From positions 1 through 55,559 of the forward strand of contig PKSX01000159.1 of assembly GCA_002869435.1 (NCBI GenBank): a DNA stretch of 55,559 bases, in the 5' to 3' direction. Source of the DNA: Marinilabiliales bacterium. Its GTDB lineage: Bacteria; Bacteroidota; Bacteroidia; Bacteroidales; DTU049. This document shows positions 17,023 through 27,270 of this stretch, in pieces. The translations under genes and the position numbers were made by a program. Every line of letters starts with the position of its first letter. Positions within the stretch are counted from its first letter, which is position 1. A model generated the notes under the pieces. The model was not told the DNA's origin. It saw only the letters and a list, made by a program, of their open reading frames with translations, and searched no databases.

Positions 17023-19890
17023 ATGATTACCAATAATTTCACCCGCAGACATGTAGGTCCCAAAGAAAAAGAACTGAGCACTATGTTTAGTGCAATTGGA
17101 GTTTCATCTATGGATGAGCTCATTCAGAAAACTGTTCCCTCACAAATCATCAATGCAGAAAAGATGGATATTGGCGACGGACTAAACGAAGCTGAAACCA
17201 TTAATTTAATGCGAATGCACGGAGCAAAAAACAAATTATTCCGTTCATTCATCGGCATGGGATATTACGGAACAATAATGCCGGGTGTAATTCAGCGAAA
17301 CATATTGGAAAGTCCGGGATGGTACACATCATATACTCCATATCAGGCTGAAATCAGCCAGGGGCGTCTTGAAGCACTTCTCAACTTTCAAACACTGGTA
17401 AGTGAACTTACTGCAATGCCCATCTCAAATGCTTCCCTTCTGGATGAAGCCACTGCTGCATCCGAAGCAATGATAATGGCTTTTAATGCCCGCAAAAGAG
17501 ATAAAGTTAAAGCCGGAGCCAATCAGTTTTTGGTATCATCTACTCTTTTCCCTCAAAGCATTGACGTAATTAAAAGTCGTGCCATACCCCTTGGAATAGA
17601 TTTATTAATTACTGATCCTTCTGCATTTGAAATCACTGAGAAAACATTTGGTGCCATTGTTCAATATCCTGATCAGTATGGAAATATAGAATCATATGAA
17701 GAGCTTTCAAATAAATTAAAAGCACAAAATGCCATGTTTGCTGTTTCAGCAGACTTACTATCTCTTACTATGCTCAAAGCTCCGGGAGAATGGGGTGCCG
17801 ATATGGTTGTTGGTACTACTCAGCGTTTTGGTATTCCAATGGGTTATGGTGGTCCGCATGCTGCGTTTCTGGCATCAAAAGAAGAATATATAAGACATAT
17901 GCCCGGCAGAATTATTGGCGTATCAAAAGATGCACTAGGAAACCGAGCTCTTCGAATGACTCTGCAAACCCGTGAGCAACACATTAAAAGGGAAAGAGCT
18001 ACTTCAAATATCTGTACGGCGCAGGCACTTTTAGCCAATATGGCTGGCATGTACGCTGTTTATCACGGCCCTGAAGGACTTTATGAAATTGCACGACACA
18101 TTAACATTCTCACAGGAGTTTTGGCTCAGGAAGCAGAAAAATACGGTTACAAAAAACAAAGCAGTAATTTCTTCGATACCATAACGCTTGAGATTGCCCC
18201 AAATGCCACTATTGATGGAATTAAAAGCAGAATGCTTGATAAAGAAATCAATATCCGCTACATTGATGACAACCGGATTGGCATTAGTCTTGATGAAACC
18301 ACCAGCCTTGATGAAGTAAACACTATGCTTTCAGTGCTGGCAGATGTAGCAGGAGCTCAATTCAGGGAATTTGTCTGCAACCCATCAGAATGTGCACTAA
18401 TATCAACATTTGATAACACATTCAAACGGGAAAGTAAGTTTTTACAGCAGGATGTTTTCAATTCCTATCACAATGAGACTGACCTGATGAGGTATATCAC
18501 CCGATTAAGAAACAAAGACTTGGCTCTTGATCGCAGCATGATTCCTCTGGGTAGCTGTACTATGAAACTGAATGCTGCAACGGAACTTTTCCATCTTAGC
18601 TGGCCTGAATATGGTAATCTTCATCCATTTATTCCACAGGATCAGGCAGAGGGTTACACCGATCTTTTCAATGATCTTGAGAAAGCACTTGCCATTGTTA
18701 CCGGCTTTGACCGTATTAGCTTCCAACCCAACAGCGGTGCCGCCGGGGAATATGCAGGACTGAAAGTAATTAAAGCTTATCATGAGGACCGTGGTTATCA
18801 TCATAGAAACATTTGTTTGATTCCAAGCTCTGCACACGGAACAAATCCTGCCAGTGCAGCCATGGCAGGGATGAAAGTAGTGGTAGTGAAAGCTGACGAA
18901 AACGGTAATGTAGACCTCAACGACTTAAGAGAAAAAACTGAAAAGCACAGCAATGAGCTTGCAGCTTTAATGATTACATATCCTTCAACGCACGGTATTT
19001 TTGAAGAAGCCATTATGGAGATCACAGAGCTTATTCATAAACATGGTGGTCAAGTATATATGGATGGGGCCAATATGAACGCTCAAGTAGGAATTACAAG
19101 CCCCGGATATATCGGTGCTGATGTTTGCCACTTGAATCTACACAAAACCTTTGCCATACCTCATGGTGGTGGTGGCCCGGGCGTAGGACCAATTGGAACA
19201 GCAAAACATCTGAGTCCTTATTTACCCGGACATCCTGTTGTGAAAACCGGTGGTGAAAAAGCCATTAATGCTATTGCGGGTGCTCCATTTGGAAGTGCCT
19301 TTGTGGCACCAATTTCTTATGCATATATTAAATTGCTGGGTGGTGACGGTTTACGTAAAGCAACGGAATACGCTATTCTTACTGCAAATTATTTAATGAA
19401 GAAACTGGAAAACCATTATAAAATCCTTTATACAGGAACCAATGGATTTGCAGCTCATGAATTTATAATTGATTGTAATCCATTCCATAAAGCCGGTATT
19501 ACTGAAACTGATATTGCTAAAAGACTTATGGACTTCGGATTCCATGCCCCAACTGTTGCATTCCCAGTTCACGGAACTTTAATGGTTGAGCCTACAGAAA
19601 GTGAACCATTAAGTGAACTTGACCGTTTCATTGAAGCCATGATTGAAATTCGCGAAGAAATAAGAGAAGTTGAAGATGGAAAAGTGGATAAGCAAAACAA
19701 TGTACTCAAAAATTCTCCGCACACTGTTTCCATGATAAGCTCTGACAATTGGGAATATCCTTATTCAAGAGAAAAAGCAGCAAAAATTAAAGACGGGGAA
19801 AAATACTGGCCCGGTGTAACAAGAATTGATGATGCATTTGGTGATAGGAATATAATGTGTACTTGTGACCCAGTATCATCTTACGAATAA
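17023..19890 (+). CDS. gcvP: Glycine dehydrogenase (aminomethyl-transferring), glycine cleavage P protein
   Basis: 955 aa from the ATG at 17023. 'FTRRHVGP', 'SYTPYQAEISQGRLEALLNFQT' and the PLP-lysine region 'CHLNLHKTFAIPHGGGGPG'. Confidence 0.97.
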   Translation: MITNNFTRRHVGPKEKELSTMFSAIGVSSMDELIQKTVPSQIINAEKMDIGDGLNEAETINLMRMHGAKNKLFRSFIGMGYYGTIMPGVIQRNILESPGWYTSYTPYQAEISQGRLEALLNFQTLVSELTAMPISNASLLDEATAASEAMIMAFNARKRDKVKAGANQFLVSSTLFPQSIDVIKSRAIPLGIDLLITDPSAFEITEKTFGAIVQYPDQYGNIESYEELSNKLKAQNAMFAVSADLLSLTMLKAPGEWGADMVVGTTQRFGIPMGYGGPHAAFLASKEEYIRHMPGRIIGVSKDALGNRALRMTLQTREQHIKRERATSNICTAQALLANMAGMYAVYHGPEGLYEIARHINILTGVLAQEAEKYGYKKQSSNFFDTITLEIAPNATIDGIKSRMLDKEINIRYIDDNRIGISLDETTSLDEVNTMLSVLADVAGAQFREFVCNPSECALISTFDNTFKRESKFLQQDVFNSYHNETDLMRYITRLRNKDLALDRSMIPLGSCTMKLNAATELFHLSWPEYGNLHPFIPQDQAEGYTDLFNDLEKALAIVTGFDRISFQPNSGAAGEYAGLKVIKAYHEDRGYHHRNICLIPSSAHGTNPASAAMAGMKVVVVKADENGNVDLNDLREKTEKHSNELAALMITYPSTHGIFEEAIMEITELIHKHGGQVYMDGANMNAQVGITSPGYIGADVCHLNLHKTFAIPHGGGGPGVGPIGTAKHLSPYLPGHPVVKTGGEKAINAIAGAPFGSAFVAPISYAYIKLLGGDGLRKATEYAILTANYLMKKLENHYKILYTGTNGFAAHEFIIDCNPFHKAGITETDIAKRLMDFGFHAPTVAFPVHGTLMVEPTESEPLSELDRFIEAMIEIREEIREVEDGKVDKQNNVLKNSPHTVSMISSDNWEYPYSREKAAKIKDGEKYWPGVTRIDDAFGDRNIMCTCDPVSSYE

Positions 19891-19918
19891 AATTTTTTGC
19901 GTGCAACCAAAAAAATAT

Positions 19919-19926
19919 TACTTTTG
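19919..19926 (+). promoter_or_regulatory. Bacteroidota -7 box TACTTTTG
   Basis: Exact motif, 39 nt upstream of the ATG at 19966. Confidence 0.35.
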
Positions 19927-19965
19927 TCTTTCAACAAACAAATTGTTTAACCAAATATCAAAAAA

Positions 19966-20964
19966 ATGAAAAAACTGTATGTTTTATTTGCATTCATGAT
20001 GGTATCTAGTTTTGCATTTAGCCAAATAGCAAATGACAAAGCTGTTATCTCAAAGAAAATGCAGGTTCCTGCACACATGATGACAAAAACTCCTACTGAC
20101 ACTTGCGGATGGTCTTTAAACTTCATTCCTGAGTTTGCAGTAAGCGGACAGGTGTACGTTTATACCTATACCGGTGGTGGTTATGTTTTTGGAAACAACG
20201 TTGACGGTGTTGACGGTAGTGGACAGGGATATGTTTACACTGGTTCTCTCGGAATTGAAGGAACACTTCTTTGGTTTGCTGAAAAGTATGAAAGTGGTTC
20301 AAACAGTTCAATGACTGTTACCGCTTATGCACTTGACGGACTTGCCACAAACGATCCTTCAAATACTGTCGGACCCGGAACCGCCCTTGGAGCTGCTGCA
20401 ACTCTGACCATGAGTCAGGTTGATACTGTATGGCCAAACTGGACTTGGGTTCCTTTCGCCAGCGTTCTTCCTTCAACAGGTGACTTTGCTGTATGTGTTG
20501 ATTTCTCAGCTCTTACTGCAAATTCTGACACAGCCGGTCTCCTTTGTGACGAAGATGGTGATGCCAGTCAGCTTGACTATGCTTTCTCACAGTATATGGG
20601 AACATGGTATGTTACCGATTATGCTTTTGGTGGACTTGATGTAAACGTTGCTATTTTCCCGGTAGTTGACATCAACTATGTAGGAATTAACGATGACCAT
20701 TATTTCTATGGAATGCAGTCAAATGCATATCCAAATCCTGCTAGCAGCAATATGACCATTGAGTATGCTCTTGAAAACAATGCAAACGTTGAAATTGAAA
20801 TCGTTGCTTCAAACGGTGCTACTATCGACGTTATTGAGCAAGGTGACATGTCAGCCGGAACACACAGTGTTAGCTACAATGTTAGCAACCTCCAGTCAGG
20901 TCACTATTTCTTCAGCATCCATGCCAATGGACACAGACTGATTAAATCTTTCATCGTTGAGTAA
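19966..20964 (+). CDS. T9SS type-A sorting-domain (Por C-terminal domain) secreted protein, function unknown
   Basis: Signal peptide 'MKKLYVLFAFMMVSSFAFSQ'. C-terminal ~75 aa 'YPNPASSNMTIEYAL...GTHSVSYNVSNLQSGHYFFSIHANG' fits the TIGR04183-type CTD. Confidence 0.75.
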   Translation: MKKLYVLFAFMMVSSFAFSQIANDKAVISKKMQVPAHMMTKTPTDTCGWSLNFIPEFAVSGQVYVYTYTGGGYVFGNNVDGVDGSGQGYVYTGSLGIEGTLLWFAEKYESGSNSSMTVTAYALDGLATNDPSNTVGPGTALGAAATLTMSQVDTVWPNWTWVPFASVLPSTGDFAVCVDFSALTANSDTAGLLCDEDGDASQLDYAFSQYMGTWYVTDYAFGGLDVNVAIFPVVDINYVGINDDHYFYGMQSNAYPNPASSNMTIEYALENNANVEIEIVASNGATIDVIEQGDMSAGTHSVSYNVSNLQSGHYFFSIHANGHRLIKSFIVE

Positions 20965-20984
20965 TCAACCGATAGAAGACATTA

Positions 20985-21016
20985 TAAAAAAGAGGCCAAT
21001 TGGCCTCTTTTTTTTA
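20985..21016. terminator. Bidirectional intrinsic terminator between convergent genes
   Basis: AAAAA-AGAGGCCAATTGGCCTCT-TTTTTTT: a perfect palindromic stem flanked by A- and T-runs. Confidence 0.85.
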
Positions 21017-21018
21017 TG

Positions 21019-22353
21019 CTATAACTCAAATTCTTCTTCAATAAACTCGACCCCGAAAGGGCTCAGTTTCTCAAGAATCGGTTCATAAAGTTCGGGAATT
21101 ACAGGGACCTGAACACCACGAACACTGAACTTTCCATTCAAAAATTCTTCAATCGCAAATGCAACAGGCATACCCACAGTAATAGACATTGCGGTGTCCA
21201 CGGTATCTTTTCCAATTACAATCATTGACGATAAACGCTTAAATCGTTTACCATTTAATTCGTATACAAATCGGTGCTGCATTACAATCATATCCAGATC
21301 TCCCTCATCCAGAGTCCATTTAGGCTCTATTATAGATTGCAATATCTGAGCAGGAGTGTGTTTACCTTTAGAAATTTTCTTTTCTTCAAATAAACCCAGC
21401 CATTCAATTTTTCTGAATACCTCTCCATTTCTATCCAGATTCATATAACGACAAAGAACATCCTCAAGCTCTCCTCCATTCGGCTCAGGCAAAAATGCAG
21501 CAAGGTAAGATCTGTTGGTAAGTTTTTCAGCGTTCTCCATCTCATATGTATCATCGGTCAGACCCAACTGAATGAATACATTATACGCTTCGCAATATCC
21601 TGGTCTGCGAAAAGTTCCCCTGAAAATTGTTTCTGCATCTTCAATGCCGTAGATTTCCTGATACATCAATGAATCACGGTTGGCATATACATCAAATTCC
21701 CCGTAATCGAGCACCGACATTCTGCTGGTACGTTCAAAAAGTCTGTTATACGGAATATATTTCAGCTTATTATTATGACGAAAACAGGCTGTACCCTGTC
21801 CTGCAAGAATCACATTTCGTGCATTCCAGGTAAATTTATAATTCCATGGATTATTATCGTATTCCGGCGCGATAAGGCCACCGGTATTCGATTCAAAACT
21901 AATGATCTTGCCACCTTTGTTTCTGATATCATCAATCACTTTCATGGCCGACATATGATCGATGCCGGGGTCAACTCCGCACTCATTCAGAAACAAAAGA
22001 TCTTTTTCTTTTGCCTCATCATCATAAGCCCGCATTTGAGGAGAAACATATGAAGCTGTAAACATATGCTTTTTCTGCTTCAAACACTCTTCTGCCACCA
22101 GAGGATGAAAACGTGATGGCAACATAGATACAATAATATCGTTTTCCGATACCAGCTTTGTTAATGCAAGGTCACTATGAATGTCAAATTCAACGGCTTT
22201 TGCATTTGGGTGATTGTCGATTTTGGATTCAGCAACTGATTTATTAACATCTGCTACTACAATGCTCCACCCATACTCCCCGCTTTTATCCAAAAGGTAG
22301 CTTATCATCGTGGATGAAGATAAGCCGGCGCCTATGATTAAAATATTCTTCAT
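21019..22353 (-). CDS. Saccharopine dehydrogenase family protein (NADP-binding)
   Basis: 444 aa. Rossmann 'ILIIGAGLSSS' plus the saccharopine-dehydrogenase C-terminal region 'GVDPGIDHMSAMKVID'. Confidence 0.85.
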   Translation of the reverse strand: MKNILIIGAGLSSSTMISYLLDKSGEYGWSIVVADVNKSVAESKIDNHPNAKAVEFDIHSDLALTKLVSENDIIVSMLPSRFHPLVAEECLKQKKHMFTASYVSPQMRAYDDEAKEKDLLFLNECGVDPGIDHMSAMKVIDDIRNKGGKIISFESNTGGLIAPEYDNNPWNYKFTWNARNVILAGQGTACFRHNNKLKYIPYNRLFERTSRMSVLDYGEFDVYANRDSLMYQEIYGIEDAETIFRGTFRRPGYCEAYNVFIQLGLTDDTYEMENAEKLTNRSYLAAFLPEPNGGELEDVLCRYMNLDRNGEVFRKIEWLGLFEEKKISKGKHTPAQILQSIIEPKWTLDEGDLDMIVMQHRFVYELNGKRFKRLSSMIVIGKDTVDTAMSITVGMPVAFAIEEFLNGKFSVRGVQVPVIPELYEPILEKLSPFGVEFIEEEFEL

Positions 22354-22373
22354 ACATCAATACATTGATGAAG

Positions 22374-22381
22374 CAAAAGTA
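22374..22381 (-). promoter_or_regulatory. Bacteroidota -7 box (TACTTTTG on the - strand)
   Basis: Exact motif, 20 nt upstream of the ATG at 22353. Confidence 0.4.
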
Positions 22382-22412
22382 TATAAATACATGATACAGG
22401 CAAATGAAAGTC

Positions 22413-22437
22413 AAAAAAAAAGCCCGCAGAAGCGGGC
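22413..22437 (-). terminator. Intrinsic terminator of the C1 peptidase gene
   Basis: On the - strand: GCCCGC-TTCT-GCGGGC followed by T9. Confidence 0.8.
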
Positions 22438-22444
22438 ATAAATT

Positions 22445-23620
22445 TTATAATCCAAGTTTCTTAAGTATTTTCGGAGGTATACCTTTTTTATTGACAAGCA
22501 GGTCAGTGGTCTTTAACATAATGAAGGCTTCTGAGGCATACATATATCCATCATACTTGCCGCCAACATCCCAGCTGTTTTTTACCTTATAAAATCTGGC
22601 ACCGGTCTGATCTGCAGCGATGCCTGTTAATAACATCCCATGATCGTCGGTTGTAAGATAAACATCAAAATCATGCTGACGACGCTCCTGAGTAATATTT
22701 GCTTCTTTCACCGGTTTATCGAAACCATAAAGCTGTGCTTGTTTTTCCCGAGCAGTAAGTTTTTCCCATTTTTCACGCTCAGTTCCTGTCAGATCATCTT
22801 TTTCCGAGTCAGGAATAATAGCCACGCCATTAGTCCAGCTAAAGCCTTTATCTGAAACATCAGCCGCCCAGGCTACTGTATAGCCATTCTCAATTGAGTA
22901 TTCTATAATTTCCATCATTTCAGCTAATGGTACATTATACACCAGATCATAACTCCAGTTATCAGGAACTTCAAGGATGAACTGAGTGTAAAAGTCGTGA
23001 TGAGTAAAAGATGAAATTTCTACATAATCATCAAAATTGAGGCCCAGCATGGCGGCAAATGATTTTGGAGTATATTCCTTGCCTTCATAGGTGAATTTCT
23101 CGGGTTCAGGTCCCAGGTACTCATCTAGTATAGCAATGAAACCTCTTTTCCATGCCGTGGTTAGTTCATTTCCCTTATTCTCAATTACGGCATCGAGATA
23201 AGCTTTAAGAACATTGTCCATTTCAGCATGATTGAATTTATCTGTACCATAATTCAAGCCGGGGTATGCTGATTCGGGCACGATTCCATATTCTTTATAC
23301 ACGTTGGTTACATCGTGAAAAGCACCACCGCCACCAAAATTTAAAGCACCATGCCAACGCACGTATTTTTCAGCCTTATCAATATAAGAATGACGAATGA
23401 TAAATGCTTCAGATAAATCATACTCACCTTTTCCCATACGCATCAATTCTGCTTCGTAGAACCCCACAGCTGAGAAGCTCCAGCAGGTTCCCGAACGGTA
23501 TTGATTTTTAACGGAAGAGACCTTGATATCTTTTTTAGTTTCAAATTTATAACCGTCCTGAGCCATTACACCCAGCACAAAAATGAAACTCAACAGAAAA
23601 GTAAACAGATGTTTTTTCAT
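22445..23620 (-). CDS. C1-family cysteine peptidase (aminopeptidase C / bleomycin hydrolase-like), exported
   Basis: 391 aa. Signal peptide and the papain-type active-site motif 'QYRSGTCWSFSAVGF'. Confidence 0.85.
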   Translation of the reverse strand: MKKHLFTFLLSFIFVLGVMAQDGYKFETKKDIKVSSVKNQYRSGTCWSFSAVGFYEAELMRMGKGEYDLSEAFIIRHSYIDKAEKYVRWHGALNFGGGGAFHDVTNVYKEYGIVPESAYPGLNYGTDKFNHAEMDNVLKAYLDAVIENKGNELTTAWKRGFIAILDEYLGPEPEKFTYEGKEYTPKSFAAMLGLNFDDYVEISSFTHHDFYTQFILEVPDNWSYDLVYNVPLAEMMEIIEYSIENGYTVAWAADVSDKGFSWTNGVAIIPDSEKDDLTGTEREKWEKLTAREKQAQLYGFDKPVKEANITQERRQHDFDVYLTTDDHGMLLTGIAADQTGARFYKVKNSWDVGGKYDGYMYASEAFIMLKTTDLLVNKKGIPPKILKKLGL

Positions 23621-23642
23621 TTGAATTGGTTTTTAAGAAAAA

Positions 23643-23650
23643 CAAAAATA
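23643..23650 (-). promoter_or_regulatory. Bacteroidota -7 box (TATTTTTG on the - strand)
   Basis: Exact motif, 22 nt upstream of the ATG at 23620. Confidence 0.4.
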
Positions 23651-23736
23651 AGATAAAATCACCAGGAATCAAATTTAGAACAGATAAATAATCTCAACAA
23701 GTGAAAGACATCTACAATTCAATGAAATAAATCTAT

Positions 23737-23767
23737 AAAAAAATGCCCGGAAGGAGGATTCCGGGCA
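23737..23767 (-). terminator. Intrinsic terminator of the OmpA-family gene
   Basis: 9-bp stem TGCCCGGAA/TTCCGGGCA followed by T7 on the - strand. Confidence 0.8.
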
Positions 23768-23854
23768 CATTACCCACCATGAGAGTTATCCCAATTAATT
23801 AGCAGATTTATGGAACATTGGGAAACTATTGAATTAACGAGAACTTATTTTAAT

Positions 23855-25849
23855 TTATTGCCTCATTATTAATTTTAATTCTGTTCTTCTGTTCAACTGA
23901 CGCCCTTCATCATTTGAATTTGTAGCAATTGGTCTATCATAACTGAAATACTCGAATGAAATACGCTCAGAATCAATACCATTATCAACCAGATAATCAT
24001 GAACCACCATAGAACGCAATTTTGACAGTTCAAGATTGTATTCCCAGTTTCCAATAATATCGGTATGACCGGTTATCAGCAAATCAGCATCAGGATATGC
24101 ATTCATTACCCGTATCACAAAATTAAGATCATTAATTGATTTCTGGCGAAGATCAAATTTATCAAAATCGAAAAACACAAATGGGATTCTTATATCTTCA
24201 GGATTCATCATTGAGAGTATTGATGTATGATAAATCTCTTCAGGCCCTGTTCCCCACTCTTCCACAAAAAGCTCTTCCTTCACTTCATTATATCCGTCGC
24301 TGCGCGCGGTAATAAAATACTGCTTACCTGCTTCGAGTTCTACAGAATACATAGGTGTACCCATGCCAAGGTCATTGTATACTGCTATTTCATTACCATG
24401 AAAGTCGGTTATACGAATGTCGGCAAAATCAATCGGACTCTTAGTAAACTCATCAATGACCATACCTTTTAAAACAATCATCATTCTCTGAGGAACCAGA
24501 TCGAGGCTGTAAATATCCTGACTTCCGGCACCATCAATTCTTTCTGATGAAAAATATGCCATTTCACTCTGGCCTGTGAATGTAAAAAAGACATCATCAT
24601 CGGTCGTATTTAGCGGGTAACCCATGTTTACCGGTCGGTTCCATTGCATTCCGTCGTGTTCAGCACGAAAAACATCATATCCACCCATGCTGCGCGAGTT
24701 GTTTGAACTGAAATACAATACGCGGTCATCTTCGCTCAGGGACACCCCTTCCTCATCATATTGAGAATTAATTACAGGACCCAGATTAACAGCAAGACCC
24801 CAGCTTCCATCCATTTTCATTTTTGACATATATATATCCAAACCACCATAACCACCGGGACGATCGCTAGTGAAATAAAGTGTTTTACCATCTTTACTTA
24901 AGCAGGCTGATGACTCTTTATACTCTGTATTGATATCTTCCATTGGAGTCAGATTAGACCAGGACATATCAGTACCTCTTATAGAATAAAACAGATCTCC
25001 GCCACCTGTGCCTCTGTATACCAAAAGCGTACGACCATCGTGAGATAATCCAACAGTAGCGTCATGCGTATTGGTATTGAAATCAATATTGCTGCGATCG
25101 CGAAATTCCCATTTGTCATTTACTTTTTCAGCCCAGTAAATATCTTCGTTGTATTTGAAATCATTTATATCACGTTCACCACCGGTAGTTCCCGGACGTC
25201 TTGACGTATAAAACATAGTGTTTCCATCTGCAGAAATAACAGGGCAATAATCCGGATAAATACTATTGACGCGGAAACCCACATTTTCAATTTCATAATC
25301 AAGTTCTTCGGCCATTAAAATAATTCCGCTTCTGGCTTGTTTAATACGAAGTTCAACATCTGATCTATCATCTTTATACTTACGACCTTTCAATTTTTGC
25401 AAATACGCATTATAATTTGAAATAGCATTATCAAAATCATAGTTAAGATGATATGCCAATCCAAGCATATATGGGAGATTGAAGGCAACGTCAGGATCGA
25501 GCAATTCAGCTTCCTGAAGATAGAACAACGCATCCTGCTTATTGTAGGTCATCAGAATGGATGTGCCAATTTTATAATTCAACATGGCATTATCGGGATT
25601 CACCTCATAGGCATTCATATAATGAAACATGGCATCTACATAATACCAATTACCTAAATTAAAGAATTTATCACCTTGTTCAATTTCATCCAGCGCATAG
25701 GTAAGTGCTTTCAGATTATTTTTGAAATTGCTACGGGTAAATTCAACGTTTTCCCTTTGCTTTTTTGTTTTATCTGGTTCTTCCGCTTTAAGCACAAAAA
25801 CCGGTAACAAAATCAGCAGAATCAAAAGAGTAATATTTTTTGTTTTCAT
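23855..25849 (-). CDS. OmpA-family protein with N-terminal TPR and TolB-like (PD40/WD40-like) beta-propeller repeats
   Basis: 664 aa with a signal peptide. TPR-like 'FNLGNWYYVDAMFHYMNAY'. Repeated 'G..LYF.S.R.GG.GG.DIY' PD40 units. C-terminal OmpA domain 'ITGHTDIIGNWEYNLELSKLRS...NRRTELKL'. Confidence 0.85.
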   Translation of the reverse strand: MKTKNITLLILLILLPVFVLKAEEPDKTKKQRENVEFTRSNFKNNLKALTYALDEIEQGDKFFNLGNWYYVDAMFHYMNAYEVNPDNAMLNYKIGTSILMTYNKQDALFYLQEAELLDPDVAFNLPYMLGLAYHLNYDFDNAISNYNAYLQKLKGRKYKDDRSDVELRIKQARSGIILMAEELDYEIENVGFRVNSIYPDYCPVISADGNTMFYTSRRPGTTGGERDINDFKYNEDIYWAEKVNDKWEFRDRSNIDFNTNTHDATVGLSHDGRTLLVYRGTGGGDLFYSIRGTDMSWSNLTPMEDINTEYKESSACLSKDGKTLYFTSDRPGGYGGLDIYMSKMKMDGSWGLAVNLGPVINSQYDEEGVSLSEDDRVLYFSSNNSRSMGGYDVFRAEHDGMQWNRPVNMGYPLNTTDDDVFFTFTGQSEMAYFSSERIDGAGSQDIYSLDLVPQRMMIVLKGMVIDEFTKSPIDFADIRITDFHGNEIAVYNDLGMGTPMYSVELEAGKQYFITARSDGYNEVKEELFVEEWGTGPEEIYHTSILSMMNPEDIRIPFVFFDFDKFDLRQKSINDLNFVIRVMNAYPDADLLITGHTDIIGNWEYNLELSKLRSMVVHDYLVDNGIDSERISFEYFSYDRPIATNSNDEGRQLNRRTELKLIMRQ

Positions 25850-26034
25850 GATGGTAGTTTTTAGATTATAAATTTAACATCAAAAAGTGCGGAAATTACC
25901 TTAATTTTGTTAAGCCGTTGTTATGGTTTACAGCTCGTTTTCATCAGATATGATAAATATTTCTTAAGAAAACTGCGTTTCACAAAAGATTAAGATAAGG
26001 CTCAAAATTCAGGCCATCAGAAAAAGAGAGAAAA

Positions 26035-27189
26035 ATGAAGTTTGCCAATGTACCAGGAAACCGAAAATCAATTGCAAAACTAATTCGTTCTGTTCAAGAA
26101 GAAAGAATTGCACATTCTCAGCTATTTTCAGGGCCTGAGGGAAGTGGTGGGCTATTGCTTGCACTTGCATATTCCAGTTTTCTGAATTGCAGCAATCGTA
26201 TTGAAAATACCGGTGACGATGATATCCCGATGGACAGTTGTGGTGAATGTCCTTCTTGCAGAAAGATTGACAAGTTGGAACACCCCGACCTGCATTTTCT
26301 TTTTCCGATTGTTAAAGCTGAGAAAAAAGAACTCAGCCGCGAGTTTTTTAACGAGTGGCGAGAATATATTAAGCAAAGAAACGGTATTGTAAGCTTAAAT
26401 TCCTGGTATAACCATATTAAAGTAGAAAATAAACAAGGGATAATAAGTGTAAAAGATATTAATGATATTCTGGGACGGCTCAATTACAAAAACTTTGAAG
26501 CCAAAGTAAAAGTAATAATCATATGGCTGGCTGAAAAAATCCAATATGCTGCAGCCCCTAAAATTCTAAAAACCCTTGAGGAACCGGCTGATAACACATT
26601 GTTTATATTAATCAGTGAGAATCAAAATCAGATACTTCCCACTATTCTATCCAGGGTACAAATCACAAAAACCACGCGACCCAATATTCAGGAATCATTC
26701 TCATATCTTTCAAAAAGATATAATGACCTGAAAGAAGAATCACTTTACGATGCGATTTATTATTCTGAAGGGAATGTGAGCAAAGCACTGGAATACCTTA
26801 CCGATACTGAGGAGATTCTTAGATACGGAGAACTTTTTATTCGCTGGATGCGAAATTGCTTTGGCATGAATGCTTCAGAAATAGTTAATTTTGGAGACGA
26901 TTTTAGTAAGCTGGGCAGAGAAAAACAAAAATACTTTTTCCAATTCAGCGCTGACAGGCTCTCTAAGAGCTATCATATGGAAGGGAATATTGGAAATATA
27001 AATTTTTATAATGAGAATGATAAAACATTTTTTGAAAAGTTCTCATCCTATATTCCTGCTGAGAAATTTCCTGATTTACTGGAGAAACTAAATGAAGCTG
27101 CTTTCCATATTGAAAGAAACGGAAACCCTAAAATCATTATCTCAGATTTAAGTTTTGATATTGGGCGTATTTTAAGAAAACCTGCATAA
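26035..27189 (+). CDS. holB: DNA polymerase III subunit delta' (clamp-loader AAA+)
   Basis: 384 aa. 'HSQLFSGPEGSGG', zinc module 'CGECPSCRKIDKLEHPDLHF' and 'KILKTLEEP' SRC-type motifs. Confidence 0.85.
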   Translation: MKFANVPGNRKSIAKLIRSVQEERIAHSQLFSGPEGSGGLLLALAYSSFLNCSNRIENTGDDDIPMDSCGECPSCRKIDKLEHPDLHFLFPIVKAEKKELSREFFNEWREYIKQRNGIVSLNSWYNHIKVENKQGIISVKDINDILGRLNYKNFEAKVKVIIIWLAEKIQYAAAPKILKTLEEPADNTLFILISENQNQILPTILSRVQITKTTRPNIQESFSYLSKRYNDLKEESLYDAIYYSEGNVSKALEYLTDTEEILRYGELFIRWMRNCFGMNASEIVNFGDDFSKLGREKQKYFFQFSADRLSKSYHMEGNIGNINFYNENDKTFFEKFSSYIPAEKFPDLLEKLNEAAFHIERNGNPKIIISDLSFDIGRILRKPA

Positions 27190-27255
27190 TGGTTTTCCAA
27201 CTTATGCTGTTTATACATATTATTATTGATTTGTATACGCCTCGCATAAGTTTAT

Positions 27256-27263
27256 TATTTTTG
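27256..27263 (+). promoter_or_regulatory. Bacteroidota -7 box TATTTTTG
   Basis: Exact motif only 7 nt upstream of the ATG at 27271. This implies a leaderless mRNA or a downstream start (e.g. Met13). Confidence 0.3.
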
Positions 27264-27270
27264 CAATCTG

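Noticed and set aside
23621-26034. Search for tRNA, SRP RNA, RNase P or riboswitch-like structures in the longer intergenic regions (23621-23854, 25850-26034, 42467-42832, 43295-43675, 47413-47639).
   Set aside because: I could not see cloverleaf-compatible stems, conserved ncRNA boxes or extended GC-rich helices. These regions contain only promoters, terminators and AT-rich spacer. A covariance-model scan (Infernal/Rfam, tRNAscan-SE) would be the decisive check.
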